From Christensenellales bacterium (lineage in GTDB: Bacteria > Bacillota > Clostridia > Christensenellales > Aristaeellaceae), in assembly GCA_050952845.1 (NCBI GenBank), contig JBMNLP010000001.1:3143640-3207639 (forward strand): a stretch of DNA of 64,000 bases, in the 5' to 3' direction. Within the stretch, counting starts at the first letter, position 1; every line of letters begins with the position of its first letter. A program made the translations under genes and the position numbers. The notes under the pieces are model-generated. The model did not search any database, was not told the origin of the DNA, and was given only the letters and a program-made list of their open reading frames with translations. Positions 1 through 7,833 of this stretch are shown here, piece after piece.

Positions 1-75
1 GAGAGCTAACCATGCGTGCAAGCGCAGAAGGACATGCCCTTAAGCGAGCGTGAGTGCGAAGTACTTTCAGTAGAT
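1..75 (+). other. probable 23S rRNA 3' end and/or 23S-5S spacer
   Basis: It lies directly upstream of a clear 5S rRNA on the same strand. It contains gagctaacc, which resembles the conserved GAGCTAACC near bacterial 23S 3' ends. The remainder does not match what I recall, so the boundary is unknown. Confidence 0.35.
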
Positions 76-191
76 TTCGGTGGCAAAGGCGAAGGGGATC
101 ACCTGTATCCATCCCGAACACAGAAGTTAAGCCCTTCAGCGCCGATGGTACTTGGCTGGAAACGGCCCGGAAGAGCAGGTCGCCGCCGGAT
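76..191 (+). rRNA. rrf: 5S ribosomal RNA
   Basis: ttcggtggc...cccgaacacagaagttaagcccttcagcgccgatggtacttgg...gtcgccgccggat aligns position-by-position with Firmicutes 5S (for example the B. subtilis TTTGGTGGC...CCGAACACGGAAGTTAAGC...CGCCGCCAAGC). Terminal helix ggtggc/gccgcc. Length about 116 nt. Confidence 0.9.
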
Positions 192-230
192 TCCAATGAT
201 TGCGGAGAACCCTTCTTCGCAATCGCCCAT

Positions 231-305
231 TCCTCAGTAGCTCAATGGTAGAGCACACGGCTGTTAACCGTGTTGTTGCAGGTTCGAGCCCTGCCTGGGG
301 AGCCA
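231..305 (+). tRNA. tRNA-Asn (anticodon GTT), CCA encoded
   Basis: The cloverleaf was folded by hand: acceptor tcctcag/ctgggga, D arm gctc/gagc, anticodon stem cacgg/ccgtg with loop ctGTTaa, T arm gcagg-ttcgagc-cctgc, then g-cca. Confidence 0.95.
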
Positions 306-310
306 GGGAA

Positions 311-341
311 GGTTACAACTTTAGGGTTGTAGCCTTTTTTG
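311..341 (+). terminator. rho-independent terminator of the rRNA/tRNA operon
   Basis: ggttacaac-tttag-ggttgtagcc forms a 9-bp stem (one G-U pair) and is followed by tttttt (335-340). Confidence 0.7.
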
Positions 342-362
342 ATTTTGTAAAGCTGAAGGTTT

Positions 363-635
363 TAGAGCAAATTACGCCATCGTGGCGCACAAAGCAGCGC
401 AGGATTTTTGTCTCTGGCAAGGGGCAGAGGCGAGCGCCCGCTGTGCGGGATGAAGCTAACTGTCAGCCCAATGAGCCACGGAGATTTCAAGTGAGCCACG
501 CGAGCGTAGAAATCGACTATGGCGAATTGCGTCTCGTGAACGTAGGCGTAGCAGCGCTACGTCAAGTGAACAGCGACACAGCCAGAAGCAAAAAGACAAG
601 TCTGCGACTGCGACATGATAAGTAAATTTGCTCTA
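363..635. repeat. non-coding segment bounded by 11-bp perfect terminal inverted repeats (MITE-like)
   Basis: tagagcaaatt (363-373) and its exact reverse complement aatttgctcta (625-635). Both outer ends are TA. Internal direct repeats include tgagccacg at 472-480 and 492-500. There is no convincing ORF. Confidence 0.35.
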
Positions 636-2420
636 TTCTGCTCCTTCAGGCAGCGCGAGTTCATCCAGCTTGCTGGCGATGTCGTATTTGTTCAAGTAGG
701 CTTCATATTGCATCCGGAAGGAGCTGTTGGGCGCGCCCTCATGCAGCTCGTGGAGATATGCATGGCTTTCCAGGCCGCCGCGGCCTGTTTGCTCCATTAC
801 GTTAACGGCGATGTTGGAGCAATGATCCGATATGCGTTCGAGATTGGTAAGCAGGTCGCTGAGCACAAAACCCAGCTCGATCGTGCATGTGCCAGTGCGC
901 AGCCGCTCGATATGGTTGGCTTTGATGGTTTCGCGCAGCACGTCCACCACCTCCTCCAGAGGCTCTACCTTCCGGGCCAGCTCCTGGTTGTTGGTGTCGA
1001 ATACCTTGACGGTAAGCGCCATGATCTCCTTTACGGCGGCGCGCATGGTGCTGGTTTCTACCTGGGCTTCCGGTGAAAAGCCGATGTTTTTCGTATGCAG
1101 TTCCTGCGCCACCTCGGTTAGGTTGACGGCATGGTCGGAGATGCGCTCAAAGTCACCGATGCCATATAACAGCTTTGATACTTCCTTGCTTTCATATTCC
1201 GAAAGATGCAGCGCGCTGACCTGCAACAGGTAGGCGCCCAGCCTGTCCTCATAGCGGTCGACGGTTTGCTCTATCTCCTCCACCTCGGTAGCAGCCTTGG
1301 CATCGTATTGATCCAGCAATCCGTCTGCCAGCAGGAAAGCCTGTTGTGCCAGGTTGGCCATGTCCACCGTCAGCCTGCGGCATTGCTCAATGGCAACTGA
1401 CGGTGTGTTCAATAGGCGCTGGTCCAGCAGCTCCAGTTTTTCGCTTTCCTTGCTGTCCCGGATGGTTTTTCTTGCAAGCCATTCCAGCAGGGACCTCATG
1501 GGATACAGCAGGATGACCGTGCCGATGTTGAAGGCAGTGTGGGCAACCGCAATGCCAAAGGCGTTGATGGGCAGCGCTGTAAAGGTAAAGCCGATCAACC
1601 AGTCCAGTACGTAGAAGACGCTCAGGAACACCCCGGTGCCAATCAGGTTGAAATACAGGTGCACCATGCCCACGCGCTTGGCGTTGCGGTTGGCACCGAT
1701 GGATGACAGGATGGCTGTGATGCAGGTGCCGATATTCTGCCCCATGATGATGGGCAACGCTGCGCCGTAGGTGAGGCTGCCGGTATTGGCAATGGCTTGA
1801 AGAATACCCACCGAAGCTGACGAGCTCTGGATGATGGCTGTCACCAGTGCGCCCACAGCTACGCCAAACAGCGGGTTGGTGAACAACACCAACAGCTCCC
1901 GGAATGCAGGCACCTCCGCCAGACCCGCTACAGCGGCGGACATTTGCTCCATCCCGAACATCAACACGGAAAAGCCCAGCATGATGCCTGCTGTGTCCCG
2001 GCGCCTGCGCGAAGTCAGCAGCAGAACGATGCCGGCAAAGGCGATAAGCGGTGAAAAGGTGGACGGCTTTAACAGCGTCATCAGCAGGCTGTCGCTGCGG
2101 ATGCCTGTTAGAGAAAGTATCCAGGATGTGATGGTGGTGCCGATGTTGGCGCCCATGATGACGGGGATGGCTTGGTTCAACTGCATGATGCCGGAGTTGA
2201 CAAAACCAACCACCATCACCGTTGTAGCTGAGGAGGACTGGATCACTGCTGTTACGGCGGTGCCCAACAGCACGCCTTTCAAGGGTTTGTTGGTCAATTG
2301 CCCCAGGATGGACTTCAGGCGCCTGCCTGCCTGTCTTTCCAGCGACTCTCCCATCAGGTGCATGCCGAACAGGAACATCGCCAGCCCACCCAGCAAATAA
2401 AACACATCAAACAGGTTCAT
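633..2420 (-). CDS. Na/Pi cotransporter family protein with C-terminal PhoU-like repeats
   Basis: ORF 633..2489. The start was moved to ATG 2418-2420 (MNLFDVFYLLGG), which is preceded by a ggaggg SD. Duplicated QSSSATT / QSSSASV transporter motifs and two ERISDH PhoU-type repeats are present. Confidence 0.85.
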   Translation of the reverse strand: MNLFDVFYLLGGLAMFLFGMHLMGESLERQAGRRLKSILGQLTNKPLKGVLLGTAVTAVIQSSSATTVMVVGFVNSGIMQLNQAIPVIMGANIGTTITSWILSLTGIRSDSLLMTLLKPSTFSPLIAFAGIVLLLTSRRRRDTAGIMLGFSVLMFGMEQMSAAVAGLAEVPAFRELLVLFTNPLFGVAVGALVTAIIQSSSASVGILQAIANTGSLTYGAALPIIMGQNIGTCITAILSSIGANRNAKRVGMVHLYFNLIGTGVFLSVFYVLDWLIGFTFTALPINAFGIAVAHTAFNIGTVILLYPMRSLLEWLARKTIRDSKESEKLELLDQRLLNTPSVAIEQCRRLTVDMANLAQQAFLLADGLLDQYDAKAATEVEEIEQTVDRYEDRLGAYLLQVSALHLSEYESKEVSKLLYGIGDFERISDHAVNLTEVAQELHTKNIGFSPEAQVETSTMRAAVKEIMALTVKVFDTNNQELARKVEPLEEVVDVLRETIKANHIERLRTGTCTIELGFVLSDLLTNLERISDHCSNIAVNVMEQTGRGGLESHAYLHELHEGAPNSSFRMQYEAYLNKYDIASKLDELALPEGAE

Positions 2421-2438
2421 GAAGCCCTCCGTTTCTAT

Positions 2439-2481
2439 ACATGATCCAGCCTGATTGCTCACAGCCACGGCTGGATCATGT
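2439..2481 (-). promoter_or_regulatory. strong 5'-UTR stem-loop just upstream of the Na/Pi transporter SD
   Basis: catgatccagcc (2440-2451) and ggctggatcatg (2469-2480) form a perfect 12-bp inverted repeat, plus an A-T closing pair, with a 17-nt loop. On the mRNA strand it ends 9 nt before the SD. Confidence 0.4.
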
Positions 2482-2582
2482 TGAGGCAAAACACTTCCTC
2501 ACTGTTAACATCAATACGCCGCAAAAGCGGCGCAAATATTTTAACAAGACAACTGCATAAAGACAACTGAAGAATGGAAGAC

Positions 2583-2607
2583 GGAAAAAGCGCTCAGGAT
2601 AGCGCTT
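2583..2607 (-). terminator. rho-independent terminator ending the sugar operon (minus strand)
   Basis: The minus strand reads aagcgct-atcctg-agcgctt followed by ttttt (reverse complement of aaaaa at 2585-2589). It lies 35 nt after the URO-D-like stop. Confidence 0.6.
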
Positions 2608-2640
2608 AGGACAGCATGCAATTGATTCGCGGCAATTGCC

Positions 2641-3690
2641 CTATGCATCCCCGCGCCACTTCCTGGCGGTAAGCACCATTTCGGCGTAGTTCTCATAGGG
2701 CACATAGTCGGCGATGGCGTTGCCGGTGCCAAAGGCAAAGCCGCTGTAGCCTTTGCATTGCTCCAGCACATCGATCACATAGGCACGGATATCGGCGTGG
2801 GACAGGCGACAGACGGCGTCGGTATCCATGCCGCCAAAGCAGGCGATGCGATCGCCATAGCGTTGAAGCCACACGGGAAATGGGGCAATCTGGTCCTCGT
2901 TGCTGTGTTTGGCGTCAATTTGCACGGTGTCGATCAGATCGTTCATGACGTTGAATATATTGCCGCAGGAGTGCAGCAGGAAGGGCTTGCGGTGGCTGTG
3001 CACCAGGCGCACGATTTTTTCATATTGCGGGATGACCAGGGCGCGGATATCCTCCGCCGATAGCAGAGAGTTGCTTTTAAAGCCCAGGTCGTCGCCAAAG
3101 CGGAGAATGCAGAATGGATCGCTGTACAGGCGCAAAAACTTCTCCCACAAGGCGCAAAGGATGGCGCCCACGCGTTCAAACAGCGCATGGTACAAGTCCG
3201 GATCGTCGGCAGCGATGTAGCAGAGGTTCGTATAGCCGGTGATGTCCTGCACGCATTCAAACACGCCGTTGCCTACGCCGCCGATGGCTTTCATGCCCGG
3301 TGGCAGAGCGGCAGCCAGTGCTTCAAACACGGGACCCGCTGTTTGAAAGTATCGTTCCTCCACTTCGTCCCAGGGGTAGCGGTCAAAATCCGCCCTGTTG
3401 TGGATTGCCGGCTCTTTGTGTCCGCCCAGGGCGCCGGATCCCGGGAAGAAAGCGCCCGCGCATACTTCAAATGAAAACGCGTCGTACCCCATGTCGCTGT
3501 GAAAATGGCAGACATGGCGGAAATAATTGATTTTATCGGCTTGATCGTCTGCCCAGGGCGAACCGATCTCTTTTCCGGTGATCCGCTCGATGATGGGATC
3601 GGACACGATGTGCTCATACAGCGGCAGACGGTCGGGCTGCTTTCTGTAAACAGCCTTGACGATGTTGGTATAGTCGGGGGTGAAGCTCAT
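2641..3690 (-). CDS. uroporphyrinogen decarboxylase (URO-D/MtaA-like) superfamily protein, non-heme context
   Basis: 349-aa ORF. Assignment rests on family-level resemblance, from memory, to URO-D-like TIM-barrel proteins common in Clostridia sugar loci. It is the last gene of the aldolase/isomerase/kinase operon. Confidence 0.6.
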   Translation of the reverse strand: MSFTPDYTNIVKAVYRKQPDRLPLYEHIVSDPIIERITGKEIGSPWADDQADKINYFRHVCHFHSDMGYDAFSFEVCAGAFFPGSGALGGHKEPAIHNRADFDRYPWDEVEERYFQTAGPVFEALAAALPPGMKAIGGVGNGVFECVQDITGYTNLCYIAADDPDLYHALFERVGAILCALWEKFLRLYSDPFCILRFGDDLGFKSNSLLSAEDIRALVIPQYEKIVRLVHSHRKPFLLHSCGNIFNVMNDLIDTVQIDAKHSNEDQIAPFPVWLQRYGDRIACFGGMDTDAVCRLSHADIRAYVIDVLEQCKGYSGFAFGTGNAIADYVPYENYAEMVLTARKWRGDA

Positions 3691-3721
3691 GCAGATACCT
3701 GCCTTTCGAAGCCATGGGGGC

Positions 3722-5218
3722 TCATGCCATCAGCGGACGCACGGCGTTGTATGCCCTGCGGTACCTGGCATAGTGCTCCTGATACGCCGCGTGCTGCGCT
3801 GGCCTGGGTTCGTAGGTATGCAGGGGCTTTACCAGCGCGTTGGCGGCATCCTCTAAGCTGGCGTACAAGCCGGATGCGACGCCGGTGAACATCACGCTGC
3901 CTACGGTTCCTGCCTCCTCAATGGCCATGCGCGTTACGGGAATGCCCAGAATGTCCGCCTTCATCTGCAGCCAGGTGGCACTGCGGGCGCCGCCGCCGCA
4001 GGCACACAGGATGTCGGTGCGCACACCGGCTGCTGACAGTGCCTCTAAGTTGACAGCGTCCTCGTAGGCGATGCCTTCCAGCACGGCGCGGTACAAGTCG
4101 GCTGTGGTATGCGTCAGCGTCAGCCCCAGCAGGGCGCCTTTGGCGCCAATGTCCATATAGGGCGTGCCGGCGCCGGCGAAGTGCGGCAGCACCAGGATGC
4201 CGGTGGGCTGATCGGGCGCGCCGTCTTCCAGCGTCGCGTATACGCTGTGCCCCCCTGCGCGTGCGGCGGAGGCGGGGCCTAACGCCAGTTCATCTAAAAA
4301 CCATCTGACCAGGCTGCCTCCGGCAAAGGAGAAGGCGTAACAGCAGTACAGGTTGTCGCCGGGAAAGGGGATGACAGCATAGCTGGCACGCTGCAGCAAA
4401 TTGCCCCCGGGAATGCCGGAGAACACCGGCGTGATGCATTCCACCGTACCGGCGCCATTGGCTGCTTTGCCTGCTGCCAGCACGCCGCTGCCTGCCGCTG
4501 CGGCGATCTGGTCATGCCCGCACAGCACCACCTGAAAGCTGGATGGCAGGCCCAGATCCTCTGCAATATGGGGGCGTACCGTTCCGGCTAACGTACCCGA
4601 GGGTACGGGCTGGCCGAACAGCCCGGCGTCCACACCGGCGGTGCTCAGCATGGTTTCGCTCCAGTACAGGCGGTTAATATCAAGGGCTATGGTGCGGGCA
4701 GCCAGGGAATAATCGATGATGTGATTGCCCGTCAGCATATAAGCGACATAATCCGCCATCAGGCAGACGCGGTGCGCCCGGGCGAACAGGTCCGGGCGCT
4801 CCTCGCGCACCCAGATCAGCTTGGGCAGGCTGAACATGGGATGGGGCAGCGTGCCGCAGATGGCAGCGACAGCATCACCGCCCAGCATTTCCTCCAGTTG
4901 CACAGCCTGCGCTTCGCCCCTGGGGTCGGTATACAGCATGGCGGGCATCAGTACGCGGTCGGCTTCGTCCAGCAGCACGAAGCTTTCGCCAAAGCTGGTG
5001 ATACCGACAGCCTGAAAGCCGGGCACTGCGGCAGCCGCTTCCTTCAGCAGGGAACGGGCAGCGTGCCATACATCGTCAGGGTGCAATTCGTGGGCAGCCT
5101 GGCGCCGCGATACGGGATAAACCTGATAGCCGCTGTGCAGCACCGTTCCCTTTTCATCCATCACCGTTAATTTGGCGCCGGTGCTGCCGATGTCCAGCCC
5201 TCCGATAGACATGTTCAT
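3722..5218 (-). CDS. FGGY-family carbohydrate kinase (xylulokinase/fuculokinase-like)
   Basis: 498 aa. N-terminal GLDIGSTGAKL ATPase motif and C-terminal CGGGARSATWLQMKADILG, both typical of FGGY kinases. Confidence 0.85.
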   Translation of the reverse strand: MNMSIGGLDIGSTGAKLTVMDEKGTVLHSGYQVYPVSRRQAAHELHPDDVWHAARSLLKEAAAAVPGFQAVGITSFGESFVLLDEADRVLMPAMLYTDPRGEAQAVQLEEMLGGDAVAAICGTLPHPMFSLPKLIWVREERPDLFARAHRVCLMADYVAYMLTGNHIIDYSLAARTIALDINRLYWSETMLSTAGVDAGLFGQPVPSGTLAGTVRPHIAEDLGLPSSFQVVLCGHDQIAAAAGSGVLAAGKAANGAGTVECITPVFSGIPGGNLLQRASYAVIPFPGDNLYCCYAFSFAGGSLVRWFLDELALGPASAARAGGHSVYATLEDGAPDQPTGILVLPHFAGAGTPYMDIGAKGALLGLTLTHTTADLYRAVLEGIAYEDAVNLEALSAAGVRTDILCACGGGARSATWLQMKADILGIPVTRMAIEEAGTVGSVMFTGVASGLYASLEDAANALVKPLHTYEPRPAQHAAYQEHYARYRRAYNAVRPLMA

Positions 5219-6628
5219 TTACCTCTCATCGATACTGATGACGTCGTAGCCCAGGTAGGTGGTGAATGCTTCGTGCAACACGGCTTTCATGTGTCCCATA
5301 CCCACGCTGGTGTGGTGTTTAAAGCCGCCGCGCGCCAGGCGGATCAGCTTATCCTGCAAGTTATCGATGTGCGCCACGCCGGCGCAGCCAAAGAAGCCAT
5401 CTTCGATGGGGTCATCCGTCATGCGCCCTTCGCTGGCGTACACTACAAGCCTGCCGTTCAGGGTTTGGCAGTTGCTGAAGGTCATGGGGAAAGCGGCGAT
5501 GCGCCCCTCGTTGGTGCCCCAGCCGCTGCCCGGGTCGTTTTTGGCGAACATCTTATGCTCGGTCAGCGTACCCTTGTCCGTCATCAGGGATTGCGGCACG
5601 GGTCCGCAATGGAACAGGATCACCTTGTTTTCATCGTCGCCGTAGTTGTTGTTCCAGTCCAGCACCGTAGCCGGTTTGCCGCTGGCCAGGCTCATCGCCC
5701 GCATGGTGAGGGCGCTGCACAGGTCGATCTCACAGCTGGCTGCAATGCCCCGGTCGTTCAGCTCGCTGAGCAGCACGCAGGGGCAAACGCGCAGGATGGT
5801 TTCCATTTCGTTCCAACACCGCAGCGTCAGCGCGTCCAGATGATAGTCCCGAATGTAATCGTCGATGACCACGCCGATCTTTGCCAGCGTCAGCACGTTG
5901 GCCGGTGGCACGCCCGAGCAGTCGGTGTAGGCTTCCAGGCGGCGCAGCTTGTCGGCGACGCCGGGGGCATCGTCAGGCATGTGCTGCACCTTGAACACCA
6001 GCTCGGACAGGTCGAAGCTTTCTACCGTGATGCCGTATTTTTGCAGCGTTATTTCGTCATAGCGCACGGTTTTAAAGGCTGTGGTGCGCGCGCCGATGGC
6101 GCCCACCGTCATTCGCTTCATGCCGTTCACCACCCGGCAGATGGCGGCAAAATCCGCCAGGTTTTGCCGGAAGGCGCCGCTGAGGGGATGCACGACGTGG
6201 GGCTTGAGCACTGTGAAGGGGATGCCGTACTGGGTGAACACATCCGTCACGCTGAACTTGCCGCAGTAGGCGTCCCTGCGGTGCTTAAAGTCCAACTTGC
6301 CGATTTCGTCCGGATAGGCTTGCAGCAGGATGGGCACGCCGGCGTCCCGCAGCGCCTCTGCCGCGCCGTTTTCATCGGCGAATATGGGCATGGAGAAAAT
6401 CACACCGTCATACTGCCCCCGATGCTGCGCCAGCCAGGCGGCATACAGGCGGCCTTCGTCGCGGGTTTCCACGCCGCCGAAGCGGGTAGCGGCTTCGTCC
6501 ATGATGAGGTATTGATGCCCGGCTTCAGTTACGGCTTGGGCTATTTCTTTGCGCGCCTCTAAGATCAGCTCGCCGGGCATGAACCCCCGGTTGGCAAAAC
6601 ACAGGGCAAATGTCATTTGATGATCCAT
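5219..6628 (-). CDS. L-fucose isomerase-like (FucI/AraA-like) sugar isomerase family protein
   Basis: 469 aa. Family-level resemblance to the roughly 470-aa FucI-like isomerases of Firmicutes. The stop TAA (5219-5221) abuts the kinase ATG (5216-5218). Confidence 0.65.
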   Translation of the reverse strand: MDHQMTFALCFANRGFMPGELILEARKEIAQAVTEAGHQYLIMDEAATRFGGVETRDEGRLYAAWLAQHRGQYDGVIFSMPIFADENGAAEALRDAGVPILLQAYPDEIGKLDFKHRRDAYCGKFSVTDVFTQYGIPFTVLKPHVVHPLSGAFRQNLADFAAICRVVNGMKRMTVGAIGARTTAFKTVRYDEITLQKYGITVESFDLSELVFKVQHMPDDAPGVADKLRRLEAYTDCSGVPPANVLTLAKIGVVIDDYIRDYHLDALTLRCWNEMETILRVCPCVLLSELNDRGIAASCEIDLCSALTMRAMSLASGKPATVLDWNNNYGDDENKVILFHCGPVPQSLMTDKGTLTEHKMFAKNDPGSGWGTNEGRIAAFPMTFSNCQTLNGRLVVYASEGRMTDDPIEDGFFGCAGVAHIDNLQDKLIRLARGGFKHHTSVGMGHMKAVLHEAFTTYLGYDVISIDER

Positions 6629-6646
6629 GTTGTCTCCTTTGATTTG

Positions 6647-7558
6647 TTATGATCCGAACAGCAACGCCCTGCTGCCGGTAACTTGCAGGACATCGCGCAG
6701 CACCTGGCGGGTGCGCTCGTACACTTTGTGCCTGGCGTATGAAATGTCGCCAGGCTTTTCTTCCAGCGCAAATTCGTAGGGCTGGCGAATGTCGGTGGCT
6801 ACGTTGATTTTGGCTACACCGTGCCGGATGGCTGCCAGCAGGTTATCCTGCCGGATGCCCGACCCCCCGTGCAGCACCAGCGGCATATGCCCCACTGCCT
6901 CGTACAGCGCCGCGATGTGGGCAATGTCCAGCCGCGCTTCAGGCTTTTTCTGCCGTCGGGTGGCGGCAGCGATGGCGCCGTGGATGCTGCCTGCCGCCAC
7001 GCTGAGCCAGTCGCAGCCCGACTCGCGGGCGAAGCGCCGGGCTTCGTCAATGTCGGTGAAGCCCTGCTTGGAAGCAAACAGCGTTTCATAGTCCGTGACG
7101 CCGCTGCCTTCGTGGCCTGCTACGGCGCCCAGCTCCGCCTCGACGGCTACGTCCTTGGCGCGCGCCAGGGCCGCCACCTGGCTGGTGGCGCGGATGTTGT
7201 CCTCAAGCGGCAGCCGGCTAGCGTCTATCATGACGCTTTGATAGCCGGCACTCAGGGCATCCGCCATGATGGGCAGCACGTCCACCCGCTCGCCGTCCTC
7301 GTCGATGACGGGCACATGGTCCAGGTGCAGCAGCGTGCGGGCGGGATCGGCGTATTTGCCGTATTCCTCCGCTACAGCGACCAGGCTTTTTGCTTCAAAC
7401 TTGATCCACTCCAGCCTGGCTACCTGTATCATGGCCATGCTGTCCTCCTCCCGGATGGCTTCAACCACGGGTTTTAGCATGGGCAGGTAAGGGATGTTAA
7501 ACGCCGGGATGATGGTTTTTTTGTCCGCCGCGCGGCGGACAGCTTCCTGTGCGGTCAT
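6647..7558 (-). CDS. class II fructose/tagatose-bisphosphate aldolase family protein
   Basis: 303 aa. Carries IPAFNI, LHLDH and LVLHGGSG motifs of the F_bP_aldolase (class II, metal-dependent) family. Confidence 0.85.
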   Translation of the reverse strand: MTAQEAVRRAADKKTIIPAFNIPYLPMLKPVVEAIREEDSMAMIQVARLEWIKFEAKSLVAVAEEYGKYADPARTLLHLDHVPVIDEDGERVDVLPIMADALSAGYQSVMIDASRLPLEDNIRATSQVAALARAKDVAVEAELGAVAGHEGSGVTDYETLFASKQGFTDIDEARRFARESGCDWLSVAAGSIHGAIAAATRRQKKPEARLDIAHIAALYEAVGHMPLVLHGGSGIRQDNLLAAIRHGVAKINVATDIRQPYEFALEEKPGDISYARHKVYERTRQVLRDVLQVTGSRALLFGS

Positions 7559-7644
7559 TCATATCACTCCGATCTTCTGGGTCAAGAGGCAATTCGAGAC
7601 AGTCCTGTGCAATGATGCAGGTTCGCAATTTGTTCAATGGCATG

Positions 7645-7673
7645 ATTATAAGGTATGAAACATGTGATGTCAA
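7645..7673 (-). promoter_or_regulatory. consensus sigma-70-type promoter for the aldolase operon
   Basis: The minus strand reads TTGACA (rc of 7668-7673), a 17-nt spacer, then TATAAT (rc of 7645-7650). It lies about 85 nt upstream of the aldolase ATG. Confidence 0.6.
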
Positions 7674-7730
7674 AACGAACGAACAGCAATTGGCTCATTG
7701 TTCATAAGGCAAGCTGCGTGCGACATGCGA

Positions 7731-7759
7731 TTGACAGCAACAACCCGTGCAGGTATACT
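7731..7759 (+). promoter_or_regulatory. sigma-70-type promoter for glmM
   Basis: TTGACA (7731-7736), a 17-nt spacer, then TATACT (7754-7759). It lies about 75 nt upstream of the glmM ATG. Confidence 0.6.
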
Positions 7760-7833
7760 GCAGTTAATCTTTAAAGGGTTTCGGAGCCTCGCGCAGATGT
7801 GAATGCCTGCGTGCATGAAGGGGGTTGTTTGTG

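Noticed and set aside
200-625. A 141-aa ORF spanning the tRNA-Asn, the terminator and the TIR-bounded element.
   Set aside because: It runs straight through a tRNA gene and a terminator hairpin, and its composition does not look coding.
5273-6562. Long antisense ORFs opposite well-supported genes. Examples are 5273..6562 (+, 429 aa), 23666..24703 (+, 345 aa), 44121..45113 (+, 330 aa), 10711..11433 (-), and 60169..61188 (-, 339 aa).
   Set aside because: Their products are Arg/Ala/Gly/Pro/His-rich low-complexity sequences with no family resemblance and no SD. Each overlaps a gene with clear motifs on the other strand. This is the usual shadow-ORF effect of high GC and stop-codon-poor antisense frames.
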